DNA of 11,185 nucleotides from Promethearchaeota archaeon (GTDB lineage Archaea; Asgardarchaeota; Lokiarchaeia; Sigyniarchaeales; SOKP01): NCBI GenBank assembly GCA_011364925.1, contig RDOA01000074.1, positions 1 to 11,185 of the forward strand, read 5' to 3'. Shown piece by piece: positions 1 to 8,215 of this stretch (position 1 is its first letter; each line of letters starts with the position of its first letter). The notes under the pieces were generated by a model. It saw only the letters and a program-made list of their open reading frames with translations, ran no database searches and was not told where the DNA came from. The position numbers and the translations under genes were made by a program.

Positions 1-28
1 AAGATAATAAAAAAAATGTAAGTTGCTA

Positions 29-775
29 TTAAAAACCAATTGTTAATTCTTGAATCAATAATGCTAATAAAGACGAACCCATACAAACAAACACCCACCA
101 GAAACTCAGTTTTGGCCACGGTTTATTTTTATAATTATATCCCAATTTGACTTGTTCGTATAGCACGATGGCTGCCCAGACAATTAAGGTGATATCAAAA
201 GCCCATGTAGCAAATTCAAGTCTTTCTGGTGGAAGATTAGCTAGATATCCCGCATATGTTCCAAATCCTAAAAGTTGTTGCTCCAGTGGTAATCTTCCAA
301 TTAAAAAAACCAAACTAATATGAGCTATGAGTATCCATGAAATCACCATTGCGTGTAAATTTATCCAATTCCACGTTTTGATCTGAAATTTTTCTTTAAA
401 GAACATTTTTCCTTTCATTTTTTCAATAGCTACAATTAAAATCCATAATAATGCTATAATTGCAGATATGTACGTAAGAATTAATGTATCAAATGACCCA
501 CTGGCTGTAATTGGAAGCATAAAAGCTTGAAAAACGATAATTAGACGCGATATTGCACTTTTATAGTACCACGCAACTCCGATGTTTAAAATTACAATAG
601 CATACACCCAATTGTGAGCCCATCGCATATCTTGATTAAAAGCCTCAAAAGCAAAAGGCATGACCCACCAAATCAGATAGGATAATCCCATTATGATAAG
701 ACCCAACCCAGGACCAACAATAAATTTATTTTCTTTTTGTTCACTTTCTATTTTCGCGCTTTTTTCTTCAGACAA
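29..775 (-). CDS. Hypothetical multi-pass membrane protein (248 aa)
   Basis: Long ORF with a TTG start, a charged N-terminus and about 7 hydrophobic Trp-rich segments. No family motif recognised. Confidence 0.8.
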   Translation of the reverse strand: MSEEKSAKIESEQKENKFIVGPGLGLIIMGLSYLIWWVMPFAFEAFNQDMRWAHNWVYAIVILNIGVAWYYKSAISRLIIVFQAFMLPITASGSFDTLILTYISAIIALLWILIVAIEKMKGKMFFKEKFQIKTWNWINLHAMVISWILIAHISLVFLIGRLPLEQQLLGFGTYAGYLANLPPERLEFATWAFDITLIVWAAIVLYEQVKLGYNYKNKPWPKLSFWWVFVCMGSSLLALLIQELTIGF

Positions 776-879
776 TTATTCTCACTCTTTTCTCTCATGT
801 TGTTAATTCTAATTTTTAAATATTGAGTGCTTCATCTCACTTATCGAATAAAATTAACTATTTTTTCTCTGATTTAAAG

Positions 880-1569
880 CTATTTTTTAGAAATTATTAG
901 TTGAAAGAATTTATAGAATTTCTTATCAAAAATAATTTGGTCTGTAGGTGTGAAATTTGCATCCTTTAGCTCGTTTAGGATATTATGTTGCATTTCTGAA
1001 GAGTGAGACAACAATTTTTCCCAAAAACCTAAGTATAAGTTGTATAAAAGGCGGAATTTTAGTTCTGATGGTTCATGATGATCGAAAATGAAAAGATAAC
1101 CCTCCCTTTTTAAGACACGGTATACTTCACATAGTACTCTATATCTTAGAACTTTATTCATTTCATGTAATGCAGCAGAAATTATGACTACATTAAATGT
1201 TTCTGAAGCAAACTTGAGATTACTTGCGTTCATTAGTTTGAATTCTAAGTTTGAATAGTGATTTTTTTTACTAGCTTCGATAATTTGTCCTTTTGACAAA
1301 TCGACACCAATTATTTTACAGTCAGAAGATAAAGAATTTGTCAACATCGTTGTCAGAGTTCCGGTTCCGCAACAAATGTCTAATAGTGTATCGTAGGGAT
1401 TAACGAACGGCAATATCAAATTAATTAAATGTGTTCTGAGTCTTTTTTCCCCAAAAATACTAAGGCCAATTTTAAGGGAGGGATCATAGACTTTCGAAAT
1501 AATCCCATCATATATCCATTTATATCGATTTTGAGATGTGTTAGATTCAGTTTTCTTATCTTTCTTCAT
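880..1569 (-). CDS. Class I SAM-dependent methyltransferase (UbiE/MenG-like)
   Basis: Motif I LLDICCGTG, post-I GVDLS, then F..ETFNVV, ALHE and EVYRVLK.EG. Its start overlaps the upstream stop (ATGA, 1566-1569). Confidence 0.9.
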   Translation of the reverse strand: MKKDKKTESNTSQNRYKWIYDGIISKVYDPSLKIGLSIFGEKRLRTHLINLILPFVNPYDTLLDICCGTGTLTTMLTNSLSSDCKIIGVDLSKGQIIEASKKNHYSNLEFKLMNASNLKFASETFNVVIISAALHEMNKVLRYRVLCEVYRVLKREGYLFIFDHHEPSELKFRLLYNLYLGFWEKLLSHSSEMQHNILNELKDANFTPTDQIIFDKKFYKFFQLIISKK

Positions 1570-2231
1570 ATTAGGTCACATTTCTTGCTATGAGGACAAG
1601 CTTCTATACAAATATTACACCAAATTGAGGTGTATTTAGAAAGTTTGTTCAAATTAGATAAACAATAGGACTCGCAAGCTTGTCTATTATAACCATCTTT
1701 AGTTAAAGCTCCAGCGGGACATTTTGAAAAACAAATATTACAATCTCTGCAATATTCACTATTTTCAATTGGAACCCCAGTTATTAGAGGAGCTTCTGTA
1801 ACTATAGCCCTTAACCTCACTTGACAACCGAACTTTTTGCTTATAAACAAATTATTCTTGCCTATTGGCCCAAGCCCAGCGAGTGCTGCTGAATCTTTTA
1901 AAAAGAGACCCGGACCGTAAGGGATAATTTTAGAATTAAATCCTTTTTTTAATAAAAAATCTTTGATATTGTGTGCTCTATTTTCTAAAATTGAGTCTAA
2001 ATAATGAAAGCTTTTACCAATCGTTAGATCTAAGCTCCACGCATCAAGAATAATATCGTATAAATGTATCCCAATTATAATTACAGTTCGAACATTTTTT
2101 AAATAATTATTTGGGCGATGCTCTTCTTTATATCTAATATACCATTTAGGATCAGCAAAACCTATGATATCAATGCCAATCTTATTTGAAAGAGTAATTA
2201 TTTCCTTAGTAAGTTTTTGGTCTCTTTCCAT
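1566..2231 (-). CDS. Epoxyqueuosine reductase (QueG)-like cobalamin/2x[4Fe-4S] protein
   Basis: GIDIIGFA N-terminus, AALAGLGPIGKNNLF...FGCQVRLRAIVT, and the cluster motifs CxxCxxCxxxCP (CRDCNICFSKCP) and C...CxxCxxxCP (CNICIEACP). Confidence 0.85.
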   Translation of the reverse strand: MERDQKLTKEIITLSNKIGIDIIGFADPKWYIRYKEEHRPNNYLKNVRTVIIIGIHLYDIILDAWSLDLTIGKSFHYLDSILENRAHNIKDFLLKKGFNSKIIPYGPGLFLKDSAALAGLGPIGKNNLFISKKFGCQVRLRAIVTEAPLITGVPIENSEYCRDCNICFSKCPAGALTKDGYNRQACESYCLSNLNKLSKYTSIWCNICIEACPHSKKCDLI

Positions 2232-2412
2232 CTCTTTAATTCAATATTTTCTATAAATAAGCAGAGTTTTTATTCATATTTATTTCTACTTCTTATTTTT
2301 AATTTAGTTTGAACAATATGTAGATTTATCTAAAAAGACCTAACATTTATGGATACTTCAATTGAAAAAAAAAGATTGATTTAAGATATCCTAATTTAAT
2401 TTTTAATTATGA

Positions 2413-2449
2413 TACTGAGTGATGATTTAAAAATCACTATCACTCAATA
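2413..2449 (-). terminator. Stem-loop overlapping the stop codon of the 395-aa gene (possible terminator or stability element)
   Basis: mRNA sense reads UAUUGAGUGAU-AGU-GAUUU-UU-AAAUC-AUCACUCAGUA: an 11-bp stem with one G-U pair, a 3-nt bulge and a short upper stem. Confidence 0.45.
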
Positions 2450-3614
2450 CTTGTTGGCCGAATCTCTCTGCACTTGATGATTTAGACTTTTTCTTCTTCT
2501 CTTCTCGAGTTTCATTTTTATCTTGAGTAATTGTTTCGGACGATTTTTGAGATGGTGGAATGTCAGAATATTTAACTCTCCCCGGTCTTTTCCTAGCTAC
2601 ATGACTTACTGCAGCGGTGATAGATAGCGCCGCAAGCGAACCAATTGTAATATATGACCACGGGACATCCGTAAAGATGTTAAAACTTGGGGTGCTCGGA
2701 AGTTCCCAGTGCAATTTTGGATCATAGGTTGCATTCACTACATTACCAAAATTTATATAAATTTGTCCACTATTCAATGGGATAGGGGATGACGGCACAG
2801 TTGTATTTACTGTTGTTTGAACATCGTTTATTGTCGCTGTATCATACCATTCATACACTGCTTTATAGTTTCCTATCGATGTTAGTGCCGATGAAGTCAA
2901 ACCAGAAAAATCTATACCTTGACTCGAACTTAACGATAGATTCAAAGCTACCATTGTACCTCCAGTTATAGGAAGATATTCCGTTATTGTTATGACTGAT
3001 TTTAATTCATATGGCGCTAATAATCCAACCTGACGACTAAGTAATACATGTTCTCTTGAAGTATAAAAATCAACTTTAAACAGGCCACTAATCGTGGAAT
3101 AACTTGAATAATAGGCAGGTTCTCCGTCAACGCCGAATCCAACTCCGGTTCGTATCATATTGTCGAGCGTTGTTTTCCCAACAACGGTATCCACCGTAGG
3201 ATCAAAAAATCCATTAGCATTATTATCTACAAACTCTATTAGCGAATCGTATTTAATATTAAAATCAACAATCGGTATGGGTTTCGAAACATCATCGTAG
3301 AGATTTAAGAGCACATTTACATGAGAACTAAAACCACCATGAGAAATTCCAAGATTATGACCTAATTCATGACCTGTGGTACTTTCGTACGTGCGAAAAG
3401 ATAATATATTATCGGAGGCTTCGTAAAATAAGGGATGATTTGCAGAAAGTTCTTCTAAATCTGGGATTGAATCTCCATCACTATCTCGCGTTTCCATAAC
3501 ATCAGCAAAGATCAACATACCAAATGACGACAGAGAAGTAATACCAAATATAATTAAAATTATAGTTCCAATGTTAACATGAGGTTTGTCCCTCACAAAT
3601 TTTTCTTTCGACAT
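2427..3614 (-). CDS. Membrane-anchored cell-surface protein with a mosaic of short conserved motifs (395 aa)
   Basis: Hydrophobic segment at aa 18-37, S/T-rich extracellular region with N-x-S/T sequons (NLS, NTT, NAT), LIEFVDNNANGFFDP Ca-loop, YDP motif, TM helix at about aa 319-339 and a charged cytoplasmic tail. Also carries MSKEKFVRDKPHVNIGTI, DSDGDSIPDLEE, HELGHNLGISHGG and RKRPGRVKYSDI. Confidence 0.85.
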   Translation of the reverse strand: MSKEKFVRDKPHVNIGTIILIIFGITSLSSFGMLIFADVMETRDSDGDSIPDLEELSANHPLFYEASDNILSFRTYESTTGHELGHNLGISHGGFSSHVNVLLNLYDDVSKPIPIVDFNIKYDSLIEFVDNNANGFFDPTVDTVVGKTTLDNMIRTGVGFGVDGEPAYYSSYSTISGLFKVDFYTSREHVLLSRQVGLLAPYELKSVITITEYLPITGGTMVALNLSLSSSQGIDFSGLTSSALTSIGNYKAVYEWYDTATINDVQTTVNTTVPSSPIPLNSGQIYINFGNVVNATYDPKLHWELPSTPSFNIFTDVPWSYITIGSLAALSITAAVSHVARKRPGRVKYSDIPPSQKSSETITQDKNETREEKKKKSKSSSAERFGQQVLSDSDF

Positions 3615-3806
3615 AATAATCTATCAGATCACATCTAAGATTCAAATCAAAAAGGTTCGCTTTATAGAATATTTTTTTATAGCTAATTAAGCTTAAAATT
3701 AATTGGATAAAGACGAAAAAAATCTTTAGTGTATAAATTTGCTCCTACAGCTACAGGAAAAAGCATACTTTTAATTTAGAACAATCCAAATTGACTCTAA
3801 AATTTC

Positions 3807-3938
3807 CTAATTTATAAATGGGATTGCTAAATTAATAAAATAATACATATCCTCGACACAAGAATAAACTTCGGAACACCTTCTTCCGCTAAATTCTTCC
3901 TCCGTTTTTTCTACATTATCAATATCCTCGATATTCAT
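3807..3938 (-). CDS. Small protein, 43 aa (MNIEDIDNVEKTEEEFSGRRCSEVYSCVEDMYYFINLAIPFIN)
   Basis: Translated by hand because it is absent from the ORF track. ATG at 3938, TAG at 3807-3809, and AGGAGG 9 nt upstream. Confidence 0.55.
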   Translation of the reverse strand: MNIEDIDNVEKTEEEFSGRRCSEVYSCVEDMYYFINLAIPFIN

Positions 3939-3947
3939 TATTATAAT

Positions 3948-3953
3948 CCTCCT
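3948..3953 (-). promoter_or_regulatory. Shine-Dalgarno AGGAGG for the 43-aa ORF
   Basis: cctcct on the + strand at 3948-3953, with canonical spacing to the ATG at 3938. Confidence 0.55.
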
Positions 3954-4151
3954 TTTTGGTTAATACAAACCTAAAGATTAGGTGTTTTTAATGTTCAGCT
4001 AATAAATCATATAACGATGAAGCGAACCGAATTTAAACTGTAAGGAAAAGTTAAAAATTACTTATATATATAAAATTTCTATTTTTCTACTTACTATTTG
4101 AGGATAAAACAAGGCTGGAAGCCTTTAAAATTTGTTAGACCTTAACCAATC

Positions 4152-4610
4152 TTATCCTTGCGCTAGTTTGATTCCAAATTCTTTGCATTTTGGAAGCTCC
4201 TCTTTGACAATAGGCCCTTTTGAAGTTCCTGCACCCTCAACTTTTATCGATAATCCTGGACTCGCTTTTGTCAAACCCGGCATCACTTCACTAATCTGTT
4301 CTTCCATCCTTTTAACCGCTGTTTCAAAATCAGTTTTTATATAGGTGTCAAATACAGCATAAGCATTTGCCTTCAATTGAGATTGTGGTAGTTTATTGAT
4401 AAATTTCTTTACCGATCCAATATGACGCCCAAAATGATTCGGAGAACCTACTAATATTAAATCATAAGAAGCTTCTTCCTTAAGCTTTACATCTTTTACA
4501 TGATTAACTATTACTTCGTTGCCTTCAGTAGAAGTGATTCCTTCCGCAATTAATTTCGCTACTTTTTCAGTATTTCCATACTTCGAATCATACACTATTA
4601 GAACTTTCAC
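4152..4610 (-). CDS. Flavodoxin (short-chain / flavodoxin-domain protein), paralog 1
   Basis: FMN phosphate loop VYDSKYGNTEKVA, YDLILVGSP, AVFDT and a KGP...LPKCKEFG C-terminus. GTG start preceded by GGTG. Confidence 0.9.
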   Translation of the reverse strand: MKVLIVYDSKYGNTEKVAKLIAEGITSTEGNEVIVNHVKDVKLKEEASYDLILVGSPNHFGRHIGSVKKFINKLPQSQLKANAYAVFDTYIKTDFETAVKRMEEQISEVMPGLTKASPGLSIKVEGAGTSKGPIVKEELPKCKEFGIKLAQG

Positions 4611-4699
4611 TTTATTACACCATTTTTAAGAATATCATTTTAATTTAATATTTCTAACTTAACTTACTAATTAAGTTTTTTCAATAACTTGTCTCAAAA

Positions 4700-5275
4700 T
4701 TATCGACTCCTTAATCTTAAAAAGATAAACAACGCTATATGAAGTAATGACCCAGCTAAAATTCCGATAAACAGTTCAAAACTACTTGCCACACCATTCA
4801 ATCCCAAACTAATTAATACATACAATCCAAGGGGAATGTTTGTTATTATACTCATAATCAATCCTGGATTATAGCGTCTTAAGATTATACTAGCAATGAC
4901 ATGTGTAAATCCATTAAAAGTAACAAGTGTCATTAATATAACTGGAAAAATAATTGAAATAGCATTTAAAACGATTAATATTGGTGTTAGAATCCAAATG
5001 AATCCAATATTTACGACTAGAACTATTTTATCCGTTAAAATTTCTCGAGAACCTTCTTCTCGATTTAGCATTTTATTCAATTCCTCTTTAAATCCACCCG
5101 GATAGACATATTCTTCAAATTGATGGAACATATAGAGAGGTAGACTTAACCAATACAACCATTTGAAACTACCAATAGGTACTTTTGAATTTAAGAAAAG
5201 CAACAGAAGGATAAAAAGAGCGCTAATAAATCCAACCTTAGCCCAATTTTTGTACCAAAAATTCGGTTCACTCAT
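4700..5275 (-). CDS. HXXEE-domain membrane protein
   Basis: HQFEEYVYPGGF motif, N...H motif, RRYNPGL and several TM segments. Confidence 0.85.
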   Translation of the reverse strand: MSEPNFWYKNWAKVGFISALFILLLLFLNSKVPIGSFKWLYWLSLPLYMFHQFEEYVYPGGFKEELNKMLNREEGSREILTDKIVLVVNIGFIWILTPILIVLNAISIIFPVILMTLVTFNGFTHVIASIILRRYNPGLIMSIITNIPLGLYVLISLGLNGVASSFELFIGILAGSLLHIALFIFLRLRSR

Positions 5276-5388
5276 AATTTTTCTTCTTTTGAACAGTTAA
5301 ATTAAGATGATATAAACAATTTTTTATCAGAGATATATTTTTTTAATTCTTTTCTGAACTCAACAACAAATAACCTTATCGTGGTTTT

Positions 5389-6369
5389 ATGAAATTAATA
5401 GATGTCTTAGAAAAACAAATGCGTAAAAGAGCATTCAGACCTATAAAGAATTATATAGAAGAAGGACAAGCGACCATTAAAGCTTTACCAGAATCCCCGG
5501 AATTTGGATTTTTTACGTGGTTCAGAATTTTTCGCGAGAATAATATTAAAGTAAAGCCTAAAATATCTTTTAAGGCTATGCCTTATGCCATCAGAGCAAT
5601 TTTAGGTATTCGAAAATCTTTTAAAAACCTTAAAAATAATCCCAAAAACCCCCGCACAACAATAACTCCAGAAGGAATATATGAATTTGAAGAATATGCA
5701 AAATCTATAGGTGTGGATAAGATTGGTTATATAAAACTTACGCCAGAACTTATTCTTGAACATCAGGAACTCATTTATGATAATGTGATTGTTTTCATAA
5801 AGGAAATGGATAAGAACCTTATGGCTCTTGCACCCCATAAAAAAACGATGGTGATGATAATGAAAACATATTATCAGATGGGCAAACAAGCTAATAAATT
5901 GTCCAAATATTTACGCAAAAAGGGATTCAGCGTCCATGCTGGACCTGCTCTCGCAGGGTTATCTTTATATCCAGTACTCGCCCAAAGGGCAAATTTAGGA
6001 GCAATCGGAAGGCACGGGTTATTAATTACGCTTGAATTTGGACCGCGACAACGGATCGCTGTTATCTATACAAATATCACTAATTTGCCCATAGCACAAT
6101 CTAATACTTATGGATGGATCTCAGAGTTTTGTAAAACATGCGTGAGTTGTATGGAAGCGTGCCCAACAAACGCTATCTATGAAACACCGATCCAAAAAGC
6201 GCACGGAAGATTAACCCATATCGATGTTGGAGAATGTGCGAAGGGATTCCTTAACTACGGGTGTAGTATCTGCATAAAAGAATGCACATTTAATAAGAAT
6301 CCTCCAGAAAAGATGAGACGGATTGCTGAGAGGCAATGGAAATCATATAAAACTAATTTAAATTATTAA
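5389..6369 (+). CDS. Reductive dehalogenase/QueG-family 2x[4Fe-4S] corrinoid protein without a Tat signal
   Basis: AKSIGVDKIG, LSKYLRKKGFS, LAQRANLGAIGRHGLLITLEFGPRQRIAVIYTN, FCKTCVSCMEACPTNAI and C...GCSICIKECTFN. Confidence 0.85.
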   Translation: MKLIDVLEKQMRKRAFRPIKNYIEEGQATIKALPESPEFGFFTWFRIFRENNIKVKPKISFKAMPYAIRAILGIRKSFKNLKNNPKNPRTTITPEGIYEFEEYAKSIGVDKIGYIKLTPELILEHQELIYDNVIVFIKEMDKNLMALAPHKKTMVMIMKTYYQMGKQANKLSKYLRKKGFSVHAGPALAGLSLYPVLAQRANLGAIGRHGLLITLEFGPRQRIAVIYTNITNLPIAQSNTYGWISEFCKTCVSCMEACPTNAIYETPIQKAHGRLTHIDVGECAKGFLNYGCSICIKECTFNKNPPEKMRRIAERQWKSYKTNLNY

Positions 6370-6448
6370 CTGAATCTATATCTGAATACTACGCTCTATC
6401 TTTAATTTTATTGAATACATTTTGTAAGAGTGATTTAATCTATGCAAA

Positions 6449-7216
6449 TCATCTTTTATGTACTACTGAAGCTGCTATCTTATCAAATAATTTGCCCATT
6501 GTTTTTTTGAATGGACCTAATTGAACAGGATGATAATAATTTGACTCAAACCAGCCATTCTTTTTATAATATTCATAGTCTCTGAATGTTTCGTTTTGAG
6601 CCAATTTCATACTAGTTCGGGTTATTCTAAACATCGTAAGTTGTAATAAGGAAGGTGTTGTATATTCCTTTTTTATTAGGTTTGAATAGAATTTTTTACT
6701 TTGTTTGTTGAGAATTTTATTAATTTTATTTTGTCCTTTTTCGGTCATAGGTTCAAGTGAATTTAAGCAACAACCTTTGGTAACATTACAGCCTAATACC
6801 TTACCAATGAAATCAAGATATTTTACAAGTTTCTTCCCTCCATACACCCCCTGAACTACAAGACTAGTAAAGGCTTTTCCAAAAAAAAGGGGGCGATGCC
6901 CAAAGAAAGCAATTCTATCAAGAAATATTTTCATCAATCCAGATATTTGAAAAAAATAATTAGGAGAAGCAAAAATAATTCCATCTGAATTAATCATTTT
7001 CTCAATCAATATATCTCTATCGTCATTAAGGGGGCAAAACTCTTCTCCTTTATTAATACAAGTTTTACAGCCTTTACATACTTCTAATCGATAATTACTT
7101 AGTTGAACTATTTCATATTCAATAGCATCGAATGATTGCAAATTATTCATGAGTTGTTTAACTGCATTATATGTGTGCTTTTTCCGAGCACTTCCAATAA
7201 ATGCAACAACTTTCAT
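6449..7216 (-). CDS. Flavodoxin-family NADPH-dependent FMN reductase / iron-sulfur flavoprotein
   Basis: MKVVAFIGSARKKHT, Cx2Cx2Cx7C (CKGCKTCINKGEEFCP) and DGIIFASPNY...SGLMKIFLDR. GGAGG lies upstream of the ATG. Confidence 0.9.
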   Translation of the reverse strand: MKVVAFIGSARKKHTYNAVKQLMNNLQSFDAIEYEIVQLSNYRLEVCKGCKTCINKGEEFCPLNDDRDILIEKMINSDGIIFASPNYFFQISGLMKIFLDRIAFFGHRPLFFGKAFTSLVVQGVYGGKKLVKYLDFIGKVLGCNVTKGCCLNSLEPMTEKGQNKINKILNKQSKKFYSNLIKKEYTTPSLLQLTMFRITRTSMKLAQNETFRDYEYYKKNGWFESNYYHPVQLGPFKKTMGKLFDKIAASVVHKR

Positions 7217-7239
7217 AAATAAAACCCTCCTAGATTAAA

Positions 7240-8157
7240 TTAGTAAAATGGAATTGGGAAAATTGAGCTAAAAATTATCGAGAGAATATAAATCAATAAA
7301 CTAGCGTGATAACGAGGTAACATTTTGATAGCTGTATTTGAAGTTTGATTTTTAAAAAGGGATATATTTGCTGTTATTAATAAGATAAAAGAAAGACTAA
7401 AACCTATTAAGGCGATGAATCCAAGTCTAAGAAAGAGTAGTACTATCGCAAATCCAATTTGAATAACGGTAAAATATGCAATCCATTTAATATTTCCTTT
7501 AATTCCATATAAAATCGTGATAGTTTTTAGATTCTTCGCTTTATCATTGTCATAATCTCCCAAATCATTTAGTCCTAAATGAGCTTGCGCCCAAGGATAA
7601 AGAAAAAGTACGATATAAACGATTGTTATTGAAAAGTTTCCATAACATAGATAACCAGCTACAGGAAATAATGTTAAATCTGTTCTTCCCACCAATTGGG
7701 CGATTGGGAATTCTTGGTGTCCCTTTTTCTTTTGATAAAATATCTCAACTGAATATGCATAGATCATAATGATATATAAATAGAGATTATTAGGAAAAGG
7801 TAAAGTGGCTATTAAAACTATTGTGATAGCAACAAAAATTAAAAAAACAATCAATGCTTCTCGAAACGAGATAATATCTGCAGATAGTGGTCTCTCTTTA
7901 AATGGTCTCCAATATTTCGTAAATTCATTATCAATTCCTAATTTATCTATTTTTCTGTCGACAATATCATTAAGCACCATTCCTGCTTCAAATCCAAATA
8001 AGCCTATGAAAAATACAGTTATTACTAATGGGAAAGAAAAGTAATTATTATCTCTAAATGCTATCAATAACCCGGAAATGAATAGTAAAGGCCATACTAT
8101 CGCAAAATGTGCTCGAGTTAAGTCTAAATAAGCTTTTAGTTTGGTTTTAAACGTTAT
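7240..8157 (-). CDS. UbiA-family prenyltransferase; probable true start ATA at 8157 (the track start at 8067 is truncated)
   Basis: Asp-rich motifs NDIVDRKID and NDLGDYDND, and RPL. The frame stays open upstream of 8067 through ITFKTKLKAYLDLTRAHFAIVWPLLFISGLL, which is a typical UbiA N-terminus, to an in-frame TAA at 8161-8163. Confidence 0.85.
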   Translation of the reverse strand: MTFKTKLKAYLDLTRAHFAIVWPLLFISGLLIAFRDNNYFSFPLVITVFFIGLFGFEAGMVLNDIVDRKIDKLGIDNEFTKYWRPFKERPLSADIISFREALIVFLIFVAITIVLIATLPFPNNLYLYIIMIYAYSVEIFYQKKKGHQEFPIAQLVGRTDLTLFPVAGYLCYGNFSITIVYIVLFLYPWAQAHLGLNDLGDYDNDKAKNLKTITILYGIKGNIKWIAYFTVIQIGFAIVLLFLRLGFIALIGFSLSFILLITANISLFKNQTSNTAIKMLPRYHASLLIYILSIIFSSIFPIPFY

Positions 8158-8215
8158 ATCTTATCACATCTTATTCTATTTATTAATTTAAATGAAAAAA
8201 ATCAAATTTTTATTA

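Noticed and set aside
2789-2971. 60-aa plus-strand ORF
   Set aside because: It lies fully antisense within the 395-aa gene and has no motifs.
2427-3614. Calling this gene tuf/EF-Tu
   Set aside because: Similarity stops at residue 18. There is no GHVDHGKT P-loop, DxxG or NKxD in register, and the protein has two hydrophobic helices.
4132-5105. Plus-strand ORFs 4132-4344 and 4896-5105
   Set aside because: They are antisense to the well-supported flavodoxin and HXXEE genes.
5602-5889. 95-aa minus-strand ORF
   Set aside because: It is antisense to the reductase gene and has shadow-like composition.
5389-6369. Respiratory rdhA or bona fide queG gene-symbol assignment
   Set aside because: There is no twin-arginine signal or recognisable rdhB, and the substrate cannot be read from the motifs. 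The same caution applies to 1566-2231.
7805-8044. 79-aa plus-strand ORF
   Set aside because: It is antisense to UbiA.
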